Made by a program: the position numbers and the translations under genes. Below are positions 27,559 through 37,832 of a stretch of 64,000 nt of DNA, one piece after another; position 1 is the first letter of the stretch, and the number at the start of each line of letters is the position of its first letter. Origin of the DNA: Planctomycetota bacterium (lineage in GTDB: Bacteria; Planctomycetota; GCA-002687715; CAIWVZ01); contig JBGANV010000010.1 in the NCBI GenBank assembly GCA_044222185.1, positions 1 through 64,000 of the forward strand, in the 5' to 3' direction. Below the pieces are notes generated by a model. The model saw only the letters and a list, made by a program, of their open reading frames with translations, was not told the DNA's origin and searched no databases.

Positions 27559-28611
27559 ATGAAGTTCAGCCCCTGCATTTTCGCCGCTCTCGTTGCGCTC
27601 TCCGCGAGCGCGCAGTTCAAGATCACCGAAGTCCACACCGGCGGGACGGACTTCGTCGAAATCACGAACGTCTCCGGAGCTCCGGCGTCCATCTTCGGGA
27701 TCGGGATCATGGTCTCGAACAACGCCGCGATCCCGGCCTACACCGTCGGTTCGGGGATCACGCAGCAGAACGGTCCCTACGTGTCCACGCGAACGGTGCT
27801 CGTGCCCGCAGGCGGCACCTACGTCTTCGAGGACTTCGGCACGGCGGGCGCGACGGCGCTGACCTCGCCGCTCGTCGGGCTGGGCGAGCACACGGGATTC
27901 AACTTCTCGTGGGCCGGCGGATCCCACGGGGAAGTCGCCCTGTATGCGAACGCATCCATCGTCACTCCCGCGAACAACGACATCCCGATCACGGGCGTTG
28001 CGCTCGACTACATGAGCTTCGAGTGGGATTCGGCTCCCGGCCTGCCCGGCAACCCGCTCGCGGATGGATACCGCTACAACCCGCCGGGCGTCGGCGGCCG
28101 CTGGCTGAGCGGGCCGGTCAGCCGCGGCACGGGACTGGACGACATCTTCCGCATCGGCGCTCCGAACTACGTCGACACCGATACGAACGCCGATTGGGCG
28201 CTCGCCGTGTCTCCGCCGCACACCGGTGGAATGGTGAACGGGCCGGGAGCGGGCGGTGCAGCGAGCTCCGGCGTCGACCTGGGCGTCGCCACCGGTGGGG
28301 GATCGCTGACCCTCGTCGTCCAGACCGGCCCTCCGGCGCCGTTCGCCGAGATCTTCACCCTCGTTTCGCTTGAGCCGAGTGCTCCGCTCGCGGGGAGCGG
28401 GCTCGTCTTCGGGCTCGCCGCCGACTGCTTCCAGCAGATCTTCGCGCCGCTCGGGACGCCGGTCTTCCACGTGACCGCCGATGCGACGGGGACCTACACG
28501 TTGAACATCCCCGGCGGCGTGCCGGCGGGGATCACCTTCGAAGCGCGGGCGATCGTCCTCTCGGGCGGGCTCATCATCGGCGCGTCGAACTTCTTCTACG
28601 GCGCGACGTGA
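27559..28611 (+). CDS. Secreted protein with a lamin-tail-like N-domain and the shared C-terminal domain
   Basis: Signal peptide ASA-Q; ITEV...DFVEITN; DTDTNADW; C-terminus GITFEARAIV...ASN. Confidence 0.75.
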   Translation: MKFSPCIFAALVALSASAQFKITEVHTGGTDFVEITNVSGAPASIFGIGIMVSNNAAIPAYTVGSGITQQNGPYVSTRTVLVPAGGTYVFEDFGTAGATALTSPLVGLGEHTGFNFSWAGGSHGEVALYANASIVTPANNDIPITGVALDYMSFEWDSAPGLPGNPLADGYRYNPPGVGGRWLSGPVSRGTGLDDIFRIGAPNYVDTDTNADWALAVSPPHTGGMVNGPGAGGAASSGVDLGVATGGGSLTLVVQTGPPAPFAEIFTLVSLEPSAPLAGSGLVFGLAADCFQQIFAPLGTPVFHVTADATGTYTLNIPGGVPAGITFEARAIVLSGGLIIGASNFFYGAT

Positions 28612-28638
28612 CCGCGCGGTCGCGAGGCGCGCGGGACG

Positions 28639-29769
28639 TCACTCCGGCGTCTGACCGACGTCGCGGAAGTCACGCAGGAGATCCCCGTAGAACGGGAAGA
28701 AGAGCTGCTCTTCCACGAGCTCCGTATCCAGGTGCGAGACCTGGATACCCAGGAGTCTGACGGGGCGGCGCCCCACCTCCGTGTCGTCGAGGAGCTCGAT
28801 CGCGATCGGCAGGATGATGTCGGCCGTCTGGACCCGATACTCGAGCGTGCGGCTGCGCGTCACCGATTTGAAGTCCGAGTACTTCACCTTCAGCGTGACG
28901 GTGCGGCCACGGGCGTCCTCGCGCACCAGGCGGCGTTCGAGCCCTTCGGCGAGCGTCGCGAGAGCTGCGGTTGCCTGCTCGCGCGTGCGGAGGTCCTGGG
29001 CGAACGTGTCCTCGATTCCGCACGACTTGCGGATCGCATCGGCGACGACCGGACGATCGTCGTCTCCGAACGCGAGTCGGTGGAACATGGGGCCGGCGCT
29101 TCCGAACCATTCCGCGAGACGCTCGACGGGATGATCCCGGAAGTCGGCGCAAGTGCGAATGCCGAAGCGGTGACATCGCTCCTCGGTCACCTTGCCGATG
29201 CCTGGGATCTTCCGCACGGGGAGCTCGCGCACGAACGCTTCGACCCGATCGGGAGAGACCACGGTGAGCCCGTCGGGCTTGCGGAAGTCGGAGGCGACCT
29301 TCGCGAGGAACTTGTTGGGGGCGACGCCCGCGGATGCCGTGAGGTTCGTCTCCTGCCGGATGTCGCGGCGGATCGCCGCCGCGATCCAAGTCGCCGAAGG
29401 TGACGACACCTTGTTGGTCGTGACGTCCAGGTACGCCTCGTCGAGCGACAGGGGTTCCACCAGGTCGCTGTAGCGGTGGAAGATCTCTCGGATCTGGGTC
29501 GACACCTGGGAGTACCGCGCGAAGTCCGGTGGGAGAAACACGGCGTCGGGGCACAGACGGTAAGCCTGCGCGCACGGCATCGCGGACCGGACCCCGAACG
29601 CGCGCGCCTCGTACGACGCCGTACACACCACACCGCGACTGCGCGGCGGACCGCCGACCACGACGGGCAATCCCCGCAGCTCGGGCCGGTCACGCTGCTC
29701 GACGGACGCGTAGAACGCATCCATGTCGACGTGGATGATCTTGCGGGACGGGGATCCGGGCGCAGTCAC
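28639..29769 (-). CDS. dinB: DNA polymerase IV
   Basis: IIHVDMDAFYASVEQRD, ASYEAR, SLDEAYLDV, NKFLAKVAS; clamp-like motif QLFFPF. Confidence 0.96.
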   Translation of the reverse strand: MTAPGSPSRKIIHVDMDAFYASVEQRDRPELRGLPVVVGGPPRSRGVVCTASYEARAFGVRSAMPCAQAYRLCPDAVFLPPDFARYSQVSTQIREIFHRYSDLVEPLSLDEAYLDVTTNKVSSPSATWIAAAIRRDIRQETNLTASAGVAPNKFLAKVASDFRKPDGLTVVSPDRVEAFVRELPVRKIPGIGKVTEERCHRFGIRTCADFRDHPVERLAEWFGSAGPMFHRLAFGDDDRPVVADAIRKSCGIEDTFAQDLRTREQATAALATLAEGLERRLVREDARGRTVTLKVKYSDFKSVTRSRTLEYRVQTADIILPIAIELLDDTEVGRRPVRLLGIQVSHLDTELVEEQLFFPFYGDLLRDFRDVGQTPE

Positions 29770-29809
29770 GCCGCAAGTATAGGCAGGGGAGCCGACAGCC
29801 CCCGCGCCG

Positions 29810-30700
29810 TCATGCCTGCGTCGGCGGAGCGCCTGGCCCGGTCGCCGTCGCGGGCTCGGCAGGCTCGATGTCGGGCGTGGACTCGGGAGCCTCGAGGAAG
29901 GCTCCGATGGCCATGCGCGTCACCATCGTCTCGTCGGACACGGGCATTCGAAGGTTCAGCACCGCGGGTCTACGGCCACTCGAGTGGTTGATGCGGCGGA
30001 CGACCTGGCACTCGAGGTCCACGTCGGGAGCTCCGCTCAGCGGCTCGAAGAACACGCGGACCGACTCCCCGACGTTCAGTGGCGTGGACGGGTCGAACGT
30101 CAGCCCGTCGATGCCGAACTCGGTGACCGTGCCTTGGATCGAGGTTCGTTGTCCGCCGCGCACGACTTCGACGGTGCCTGCCCGGTTCACGCCCAAGCGA
30201 ACGCCGGGGCTCAGACGCAGTCCGACCCGATCGGGCGCGGGCCAGATCTCGATCCGCCAGACGGCGTCCGTTTCCTCCATCGGCCCCGTGGTCACCTGCT
30301 GGATCTGACGCGATGCCCCCGCGTCTTCCAGCACGATCCATGCGAGCGTGCTTTCCGGGATCGGGGGTACTTCGCCCTCGAGGTTGAGCGTGGCCGACCC
30401 GTCGCCGTGGCCGACCACTTCGCACCGGAAGGTGTCTGCATCGACGCCACAGACGGCGAGCCATCCCCAGGTGCCCGGTTCCATGTCGGGGAATGGCGCG
30501 ACGACGGGGCGACGCGGGGCGCGCGTCACGAATCGGCGATTCGATTTCGGCGTCGGGTCCGGTGGTGGCGGTGCGGGTTCGGCAGCGGCAGCCGGCTCGC
30601 GCAGCAGCGCGCGCGCCACCTGCACGACGACGAGCACGAGCACGAGCGCCACCAGCCCTTCGATGATCGACTCCGTTGGAACCCGTCCGGGTCGCGACAT
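29810..30700 (-). CDS. Membrane-anchored degenerate PilZ-domain protein
   Basis: N-terminal TM; C-terminal GTVTEFGIDGLTF...LNVGESVRV...ECQVVR PilZ-like barrel; directly follows flgE; start may be 30814. Confidence 0.6.
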   Translation of the reverse strand: MSRPGRVPTESIIEGLVALVLVLVVVQVARALLREPAAAAEPAPPPPDPTPKSNRRFVTRAPRRPVVAPFPDMEPGTWGWLAVCGVDADTFRCEVVGHGDGSATLNLEGEVPPIPESTLAWIVLEDAGASRQIQQVTTGPMEETDAVWRIEIWPAPDRVGLRLSPGVRLGVNRAGTVEVVRGGQRTSIQGTVTEFGIDGLTFDPSTPLNVGESVRVFFEPLSGAPDVDLECQVVRRINHSSGRRPAVLNLRMPVSDETMVTRMAIGAFLEAPESTPDIEPAEPATATGPGAPPTQA

Positions 30701-30838
30701 CTGCTTCGCGTGGTCCTTCAACGCGTTGAAGTTCCGGCGGGCCTGCGAACCCTCCTGCGGCGAAGGCGCCGCGATGACGGAGACGTGGGCGAGATTCCAG
30801 CGGATGTCGATCACGGGTCAGTCCTGAACGGCGAGTGA

Positions 30839-32788
30839 CTATCGACCGAGGTTCACGAGTTCGGCGAGGACCTGGTCAGAGGTGGAGATGATTCGGGCGT
30901 TCGCCTGGAACCCGCGTTGGGCTTCGATCAAGCGGACGAACTCCTCCGCGACGTCGACGTTGCTTCCTTCGAGCGACCCCGAGAGGATCTGGCCCGACGA
31001 GCCGTTGCCGGCCGTCGTCAGCTGCGGGTTGCCCGAGTTCGACGACACCACGAAGTGCCCGTTGCCGCTGCGCTCCAGGCCTGCGGGGTTCGAGAACAAC
31101 GCCAGCTGGAGCTGGTCGACGGCGCGCGTCTGGCCGTTGGAGAACCGGCCGGTGATCTGTCCGTTCGACTCGATGCTGATGTCCGACAGGGTCCCGGCGG
31201 GGAAGCCGTCGGCATCGCTGAAGACCTCGTTGCGGCCGCCGAACTGCGTCAGGCCGACGCGATCGGACGTGGCGCCCAGTTGGAGGTTCATCGTCTGAGG
31301 CGCGGCACCGTTGGCCCACGTGACGTCGAGCGTCGACGACAACGACGGCGGGAGACGGCCGTCGGTGTCGAACGTGAGACTTCCGAGCGACGTGGCGGCG
31401 AGGGTTCCTTCCGTCGCCGCGAGGGTCGCCGTCATGTCCCAGCTGCCGTCCGTCTGACGCGTCAGGTCGAACGTGATCTCGTGGAGCTGACCCAACGAGT
31501 CGTACACGCTCGCGACCGTCGAGACCTTGTCCGGGTCACGCCCGATGGTGGTGTTCGTGAGACCGTTCAGCGCGAAGTTCGAGTGGCCCGTCGACGAGGG
31601 GCGATCGAGGAACGTCAGGCTCAGGCTCGTGTCGCCGGCGGCGGACGCCGCGAGGGAGAGCTTGCCCGCCGAGTTCATGGTCAGCGTCGCCTCCGTCTGG
31701 AACAGACCGTTCGCGAAGTTCACGAGATCGTCGATCGTCTGGCCATCCACGCCATAGACGAAGTCGCGGTCGACGTTCGTGCCGTGACCCTTCGACCCGT
31801 AGATGCGGATCCGGTCGCCCGTCTGATAGGGAACCGTGTTGTTCTTCAGGTTGTTCAAGTCGGTGGTCGCCGTCGCGGGCGTCTCGCCGCCGGTGACCGC
31901 CGTCGTGCTGAACCCGAGTGCCGTGGCGATCGTCGAGCTGCCGACCTGGATGCGCGCGCTGAGGCCTGCGGTGTGCGACGTCAGCGTGATCTTGCCTGCC
32001 GCGGTCACCGACGCCGTGATCCCGGGGATGCGCGCATTCAGCGCCGTCACGATCTCCGCCGCCGTGGGCGAACCCTGCACGGCCATGTCACCGGCCCCGA
32101 GGACGAACGTCTGCGTCGCGGCGTTTCCCACGTTGATGATGAGCTGGGAGTTCGCGGCGATGGTGTACACGGCGGAGCCGCCGGTGCCGGAGGTCGGCGT
32201 GCCCGTTCCCGGGAGCACCGCCTGCGACACCTCCATGAACGGATCCGATTCCCACAGCTCCGTCGTGGGGCCCGACGTCGGTCCCAGGGCGGGCAGATTC
32301 CCGCGGAAGTTGACGGCATCGGTGGCGTCCGGCGGAACGACCGAGTTGAGCTGAACCTTGATGTCTCCGCCATCGGCCGATTGGACCTTCAGCCCCGAGC
32401 GCGTGTCGACGAGGTTCTCGCCGCTGTCGAGCCCGAACGTTCCGACGCGCGTGTAGTAGGTGTTGGCGCCGTCGGAGAGGACGAAGAAGCCGTTGCCCTG
32501 GATGCCCAGATCCAGGTTTCGACCCGTGTTGAGCAGCGATCCCTGGGAGAAGTTCTGGTCGACGCTGGCGACTTCCGCGCCACGACCGATCTGGATCGGG
32601 TTCGTGCCACCGATGCTCGAGCTCGGTGACGCGGCAGAGCGGATCGTCTGGCTCAGGATGTCGCTGAAGGTGACGCGGCTCGACTTGTATCCCGGCGTGT
32701 TCGAGTTCGCCAGATTGTTGCCGATCACGTTCAGGTAGTTCTGGTTCGCGCGAAGGCCGGTGAGTCCGGCCAAGAGGGCACTGGTCAT
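30839..32788 (-). CDS. flgE: Flagellar hook protein FlgE
   Basis: LNVIGNNLANSNTPGYKSSR, TGRNLDLGIQGNGFF, GSLEGSNVDVAEEF, QRGFQANARII. Confidence 0.95.
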   Translation of the reverse strand: MTSALLAGLTGLRANQNYLNVIGNNLANSNTPGYKSSRVTFSDILSQTIRSAASPSSSIGGTNPIQIGRGAEVASVDQNFSQGSLLNTGRNLDLGIQGNGFFVLSDGANTYYTRVGTFGLDSGENLVDTRSGLKVQSADGGDIKVQLNSVVPPDATDAVNFRGNLPALGPTSGPTTELWESDPFMEVSQAVLPGTGTPTSGTGGSAVYTIAANSQLIINVGNAATQTFVLGAGDMAVQGSPTAAEIVTALNARIPGITASVTAAGKITLTSHTAGLSARIQVGSSTIATALGFSTTAVTGGETPATATTDLNNLKNNTVPYQTGDRIRIYGSKGHGTNVDRDFVYGVDGQTIDDLVNFANGLFQTEATLTMNSAGKLSLAASAAGDTSLSLTFLDRPSSTGHSNFALNGLTNTTIGRDPDKVSTVASVYDSLGQLHEITFDLTRQTDGSWDMTATLAATEGTLAATSLGSLTFDTDGRLPPSLSSTLDVTWANGAAPQTMNLQLGATSDRVGLTQFGGRNEVFSDADGFPAGTLSDISIESNGQITGRFSNGQTRAVDQLQLALFSNPAGLERSGNGHFVVSSNSGNPQLTTAGNGSSGQILSGSLEGSNVDVAEEFVRLIEAQRGFQANARIISTSDQVLAELVNLGR

Positions 32789-32857
32789 TTTCGAGTCTCC
32801 TCCGAGGTCCTGACGTTCGTTCGACTGTCTTGAATCGATGCGATCCCTCGACGGGGA

Positions 32858-33448
32858 TCAGCTCTGGTTCTGCTGTGCGGCCACCGCGTTGCCGATCGAT
32901 CCGGCGCCCGCAACCGGCCCCGACGAGCCTGCCGTCGTGCCTCCCGTCGATCCGCTTCCACCGTTCGCCGGCGTCTGGGATCCGCCCGTGGCCGCCGGAG
33001 TGGAACCGGCCGCTGGCTGCTTGCCGATGCCGGTGAGGGCGCCGATGGGAATCCGGTTCTCGCCGACGGTCACCATCATCACGCCGTTCTCGACCGTGAC
33101 GGCATCGACGACGCCCGACCGCTCCGTGTTCGTCCCCGACTCCTCCCAGGTCACGTGCTTGCCCACGAGGAGTGCCGCCTGCGACAGCCCCTGGAGGCCG
33201 AGCTGCGACTGCTGGATGTCCACGAGAGACGTCAGCGTCTTGTTCATGTCCGTCTGACCCTCCAGGCTCTGGAAGCTCGCGAGCTGCGAGATGAACGCCG
33301 TGTTGTCGACCGGCGAGATCGGGTCCTGATTCTTCAACTGCGCGACGAGCAGGTTCAGGAAGGACTGCTTGTCGACGGCATCGGCGTTGGTCTTCACCTG
33401 GCTGCCGGGCCGCGTGCTGGCGGAGTTGTTGATGGAGTCGATGCTCAT
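32858..33448 (-). CDS. flgD: Flagellar hook capping protein FlgD
   Basis: FLNLLVAQLKNQDPISPVDNTAFISQLASF. Confidence 0.93.
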   Translation of the reverse strand: MSIDSINNSASTRPGSQVKTNADAVDKQSFLNLLVAQLKNQDPISPVDNTAFISQLASFQSLEGQTDMNKTLTSLVDIQQSQLGLQGLSQAALLVGKHVTWEESGTNTERSGVVDAVTVENGVMMVTVGENRIPIGALTGIGKQPAAGSTPAATGGSQTPANGGSGSTGGTTAGSSGPVAGAGSIGNAVAAQQNQS

Positions 33449-33458
33449 GGTTGATTCC

Positions 33459-35174
33459 TCAGACGATCAGATCCACGCGGCCGACGGCCGAGCGCGCGGA
33501 CGTGGAAACGGAATGGCGGGTACGCGCCTCGGAACGCGACGACGTGCGTTCGGCCGCGCCCGCGGTTCGCGCACCGTCGTGGTTGCGCGGGTCGGCTTGC
33601 GAGCCCTGGCCTCCGCGTGCCTGTACATCCAACGAGGCGAGCGAGAGCCCGCTCAAACTGAGGCTCTGCTCCAGGCGCGGGAGCTCGTTCTTCAAGGCCG
33701 CCGCCACGTCGCCCCGCTCGGCGAGGAAACGGACGACGAGCCCCTCCGGGCGTTCGGTGAGGCGCACGTTCAACCGCCCGAGTTCGGGCGGTGCGAGGTC
33801 GATCCTGAATTCGCGCTTGCCCATGGACACCTCGCCGTGGAGACGCTCGAGGAGCTTCTCGACGGTCGCGGGCCAGGTCGATGCGCGGTTGGGAGCGGCG
33901 GACGGCGTCGCCGATTCCGCGGCGACGCGCGTCGTCGGTACGGGCCCGGTCGTCGGCGCGCGGTCGGCCGTGGGTGCGATGGCAGACGTTCGCGACGGCG
34001 TCGCGGAGTTCGTCGTGGGGAGCGTTCCTTCCCCCTGTGAGCCCGAGTCGATCGTGGTTTTCGGATCGGCGACGACGCCATTCACGACGCGCTCGGGAGG
34101 CAGGTCCTTCGTCGCGGGTGGCGGAGCGACGTCGTCGCTCGCGCTCGGTGCAGTGGTATCGGCCTTCGCCGCGCCGACTCCGCCGACCTTCTTCGCCGGC
34201 TCGCGCACGGATCGCGCCGGAGCCGGGACGAGCGCGGCTCGAGCTGCGGACTCCTGCGCTGCCACCGGCTCGACGGGGCGCGTCGTGGTGGGGGAGGCGT
34301 CGCTCGAACTCGCGGGCGCGACGTCGGGCCGCTGGCGGGTCGTCGGCTCGACCGACTTGTCCGGAGCGTTCTCCGACGGCGCGGCATCCGCGACCGCCGG
34401 CTCCGTCGGCGCGGGCTTGGGGTCGGCCGTGGGCGTCGGGCGCCCTTCCACGGGGCTCGCGCGGTCGGGCTGCGCCGGCGTCTTCGCAACCGCGACCTGC
34501 GACTCGACCGGATCGGGCTCATCGGTCGGATTCGAATCGGGCGCGACCACGGTCGCCTCGACGAACGCCGGGCGCACCTCGGGACGAACCCGCGGCGTAG
34601 CCGTCGAGAGGGCCGTCGGCGATTCCGTGTCGTCGGTCTGGTCGCTCGCCGGATCGACCGGGGCGACCGGGACGACGATCTGCAGCGGCTCCGTGGAGAG
34701 CGCCTGGGCGGCGGCGAGCGCCGCGGCGTCGACATCGGCAGATGGTCCCGCGTCGCTCGATGGCGTCGCCGCTACCTGGGACTCGCTCACGTCGTCTGCG
34801 GCGTCGGCCTCCGACGCGTGGGGGTCCTTCGGGGCTGCGACGACGTCGGCCCTGCCGGACGTGCCGTCCTCCGCGGTCTCGTCCTGAGTTCGAGCCTCGC
34901 GTGCCTCCAATTCGGGTTCGCCGCGCTCCTCCCTCTTGGGGTCGACCCCGCGTGCAGCGCGTGTCCGCGGTGCCGGTTTTTGCGACGCCTGGGGTGCCTT
35001 TTCGGCCGCCGCGACCCGTCGGTCGGGGACTCGAGCCGGTTCTCGGGTCGCCCGGGCCAGTTCATGGGCGAACGACGCGCCGGAATCCGGCGCAGCGTCC
35101 GGCGTGGGGCCTACGGTTTTGGGGTTTGGAGCCGAGAAGAGCTTGGCGAGCGTGGAAGAGACGAGGTCGGTCAT
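33459..35174 (-). CDS. fliK: Flagellar hook-length control protein FliK
   Basis: Long Pro/Ala/Thr-rich disordered region; IDLAPPELGRLNVRL...LPRLEQSL; upstream of flgD. Confidence 0.88.
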   Translation of the reverse strand: MTDLVSSTLAKLFSAPNPKTVGPTPDAAPDSGASFAHELARATREPARVPDRRVAAAEKAPQASQKPAPRTRAARGVDPKREERGEPELEAREARTQDETAEDGTSGRADVVAAPKDPHASEADAADDVSESQVAATPSSDAGPSADVDAAALAAAQALSTEPLQIVVPVAPVDPASDQTDDTESPTALSTATPRVRPEVRPAFVEATVVAPDSNPTDEPDPVESQVAVAKTPAQPDRASPVEGRPTPTADPKPAPTEPAVADAAPSENAPDKSVEPTTRQRPDVAPASSSDASPTTTRPVEPVAAQESAARAALVPAPARSVREPAKKVGGVGAAKADTTAPSASDDVAPPPATKDLPPERVVNGVVADPKTTIDSGSQGEGTLPTTNSATPSRTSAIAPTADRAPTTGPVPTTRVAAESATPSAAPNRASTWPATVEKLLERLHGEVSMGKREFRIDLAPPELGRLNVRLTERPEGLVVRFLAERGDVAAALKNELPRLEQSLSLSGLSLASLDVQARGGQGSQADPRNHDGARTAGAAERTSSRSEARTRHSVSTSARSAVGRVDLIV

Positions 35175-35212
35175 GTGGAATCCCGAGGCAGGCGATGCCT
35201 TCATCACCCGCA

Positions 35213-35229
35213 TTGCAGGATCCGTACCT
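35213..35229 (-). promoter_or_regulatory. sigma54 (-24/-12) promoter for fliK-flgD-flgE
   Basis: Minus strand AGGTACGGATCCTGCAA (GG-N10-GC) about 40 bp upstream of the fliK ATG. Confidence 0.6.
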
Positions 35230-35303
35230 CTCCGACCGGGTCTCTTTGCACCTCGTCCGTGGTTGGGCTTCAGCCCTCGAAAAAAGGGCTGAAAAAAAGG
35301 GGC

Positions 35304-35330
35304 TCAACTCCGAGTGCGATCTTCCGAAAA
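35304..35330 (+). promoter_or_regulatory. sigma28-like promoter upstream of flgM
   Basis: TCAA-N15-TCCGAAAA; a second weaker match TTCA-N15-TCCGAGAA at about 35441-35467. Confidence 0.45.
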
Positions 35331-35540
35331 GAAATCGGGACGGGGGAATGGACCTCCAAGGGCGGGTTCCCGGTCCGGAAAGCCTTTCTTCGACGCAGGG
35401 TACGAAGGCGAAAAAAGTTCGCCGATGCCGAAGAGGGGCCTTCAGTGGGGACCCGAAATTCCGAGAAGACAGGTAGCAACGTGGCGTGACTCACCCTGGC
35501 CGAATGGCGTTCAGGGGTCGTCACGCAAAGGAGAGTTCTC

Positions 35541-35834
35541 ATGGACGTCTTCAAGATTGGTGCAGGCGCACCGAAGGCGCCGGAGAGCCGGACCGTGGAC
35601 CGCGACGTCGAGTCGACCAACAAGGGCGAACGAGCGCGGGCCTCTGACGCAGCGGTCGACCAGTTCTCCGCATCGGCGGACGCTGTGTCGGTCGACAACT
35701 TCGTCTCGAAACTCGGGACCGTTACCGATGTTCGCGAAGACGTCATCCGCGGATTCCGCGAGCTCTTGGGTCGTGGCCTCTTGGATTCGGCCGAGTCGGC
35801 CCGCAGGGCCGCCGACGGCATCCTCGATGCCTGA
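35541..35834 (+). CDS. flgM: Anti-sigma28 factor FlgM-like protein
   Basis: 97 aa; SD AAGGAG; DQFSAS...DVREDVIRGFRELLGRG...AADGIL pattern; flagellar context. Confidence 0.65.
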   Translation: MDVFKIGAGAPKAPESRTVDRDVESTNKGERARASDAAVDQFSASADAVSVDNFVSKLGTVTDVREDVIRGFRELLGRGLLDSAESARRAADGILDA

Positions 35835-36142
35835 CGATCGCCGCACCGCGGCGATCGTGGTGCAGGCAGTGCAGCGCGGCTGAACGCAGCCGATGGCGAG
35901 TCTCGACTGCCGCGATGACGGCGGTTCGGAGCTCGGCGTGTGATTTCCGTGGGCCCAGTACGGGCGAGGCGCGGCTGATCGCGTGCTGCCCATGCGAAGG
36001 GTTCGCGGAGGCTTCCCTTCAATCCGACCTCGCGGTCGAGCTTTGCATTCCCTCGCCGCCCCGACCTCGCACCGGTGACTTCCGGTGTATCCTCCGGGGA
36101 CTTCCCCAGTTCCCGAATCCCCGATCGAGGACTTCACCACGG

Positions 36143-37789
36143 ATGAGTTCCTGCCGCTGGCTCTGGTCTCTCGCGCTCTTCATCACGATCTTCGACGTCT
36201 CGACCGCGCAGGGCGACCTGCGCTTCACCGTGACCGGCACACAGCCCGGTGACGAGTTCGGCTCCATCGTCAGCGGCGCCGGAGACATCGACGGCGACGG
36301 CCACGACGACGTGATCGTCGGGGCGCCCTACGATGCGACGGCCGCTGTTCACGCAGGCAAGGCGACCATCTTCTCCGGTCGGACCGGCGGCGTGATCCGC
36401 GAGTTCTTCGGGACCGCGGCGAACCAGTCGTTCGGATACAGCGTCTGCGGTCTCGGTGATCTGAATGGCGACGGCGTCCCCGAGGTGATGATCGGGCTGT
36501 CGGCCAACGGCAGCACGGGATTGGGACCGGGTGGCGGAGCGAAGGTGTTCTCCGGAGCGGACGGATCGCTCCTGTACACGTTCGCCGGCCAGTTCCTGAA
36601 CGACTACTTCGGCCTGTGCATGGCCGACCTCGGCGACATCGATGCCGACGGCGTGTCCGACATGATCGTCGGGACGTCCATTCCTCCGACCTCGACTCTC
36701 TCCGGGTACGCGCGCGTGTACTCCGGTGCGACCGGCACTCTGCTCCACACGTTCACGGGTTCGTTCGTCGGGCATCGCCTCGGCAACGCCGTGGCGAACG
36801 CCCACGACGTGGACGGCGACGGCGTCAACGACATCGTCGTCGGAGCCATCGGCGGAAACCTGTTCGGTGGCAGCACGGGCTCGGCGTTCGTCTACTCGGG
36901 AGCCACGTTCGCCCAGCTCTACGTCTTCAACGGAACGAGCTATCAGCAGCACTTCGGGTACTCGGTCGCTGGCGTGGGCGACGTGAACGGCGACGGACGC
37001 GGCGACATCCTCGTGGGGACGTACCGCTCGAACGCCATGGGCTACGCCAAGGTGTACTCGGGCTTGAATGGCGCCACGCTCTGGACCTTGAACGGCGATG
37101 TCGTCGGCGACGCGTTCGGTCACACGGTCGCGTCCGCAGGCGACGTCAATGGCGACGGCGTCCCCGACTTCATGGTCTCGGCACCCAACGCCCATTCGGG
37201 CTCGGTCCTTCAGGCCGGCAAGGTGAAGATCTTCTCGGGTGCGGGCGCGACGCTCCTCGCCGCGCGCTTCGGCACGTTCGCTTCCATGCACCTGGGGTAC
37301 TCGTTCGCAGCAGCCGGTGACGTCAACGGGGACCAGGTCGGCGACGTGATTCTCGGCACGCTCGTGCCGGGGACTCTCGGTCTGCCAGGACGGGCCCTGA
37401 CTGTGAGCCTCCTCACCGCCGAAGCGTTCGCGCAGAACGTGGGTGGGACGCAGTCGCTCTCGTTGGCGTGGCAGCCGGGCCGACCGGGGCAGGTGGGGAA
37501 CGGCACCGCCGTGACGATGGGCGCTGAACCCGGCTCGATCGGTGTGATCGCCGTGAGCGGTGGGACGGGGCTCGCGTGGTTCGACCTCATGCCGCTCGTG
37601 GTCGATCCGGCATCACCGGCATTCTCCTATTTCCCCGTCGCCTATGACGGCGCGGGAGCGCTCTCCATCCCCGTGAACCTCCGCACGCCGGCGCTCGCGG
37701 GAGTGACGATCTACGCACAGGCGATCGCCGTCGACTCGCTCGGAGTGTTCTCGTCTTCGAACGGGATGATGCTCTACTTCGGGCTGTGA
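36143..37789 (+). CDS. Secreted FG-GAP (integrin-alpha-like) beta-propeller protein with the shared C-terminal domain
   Basis: Seven FG...GDxxGDG repeats; signal peptide STA-Q; C-terminus LAGVTIYAQAI...SSNG. Confidence 0.9.
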   Translation: MSSCRWLWSLALFITIFDVSTAQGDLRFTVTGTQPGDEFGSIVSGAGDIDGDGHDDVIVGAPYDATAAVHAGKATIFSGRTGGVIREFFGTAANQSFGYSVCGLGDLNGDGVPEVMIGLSANGSTGLGPGGGAKVFSGADGSLLYTFAGQFLNDYFGLCMADLGDIDADGVSDMIVGTSIPPTSTLSGYARVYSGATGTLLHTFTGSFVGHRLGNAVANAHDVDGDGVNDIVVGAIGGNLFGGSTGSAFVYSGATFAQLYVFNGTSYQQHFGYSVAGVGDVNGDGRGDILVGTYRSNAMGYAKVYSGLNGATLWTLNGDVVGDAFGHTVASAGDVNGDGVPDFMVSAPNAHSGSVLQAGKVKIFSGAGATLLAARFGTFASMHLGYSFAAAGDVNGDQVGDVILGTLVPGTLGLPGRALTVSLLTAEAFAQNVGGTQSLSLAWQPGRPGQVGNGTAVTMGAEPGSIGVIAVSGGTGLAWFDLMPLVVDPASPAFSYFPVAYDGAGALSIPVNLRTPALAGVTIYAQAIAVDSLGVFSSSNGMMLYFGL

Positions 37790-37832
37790 GCGCGGATTCG
37801 GGTTCTCCCGGCTCTCCTCGGACTGACGTAGC

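Noticed and set aside
28639-29769. dinB as part of a mutagenesis cassette or mobile element
   Set aside because: No imuA/imuB/dnaE2, integrase or transposase nearby; it looks like an ordinary chromosomal Pol IV.
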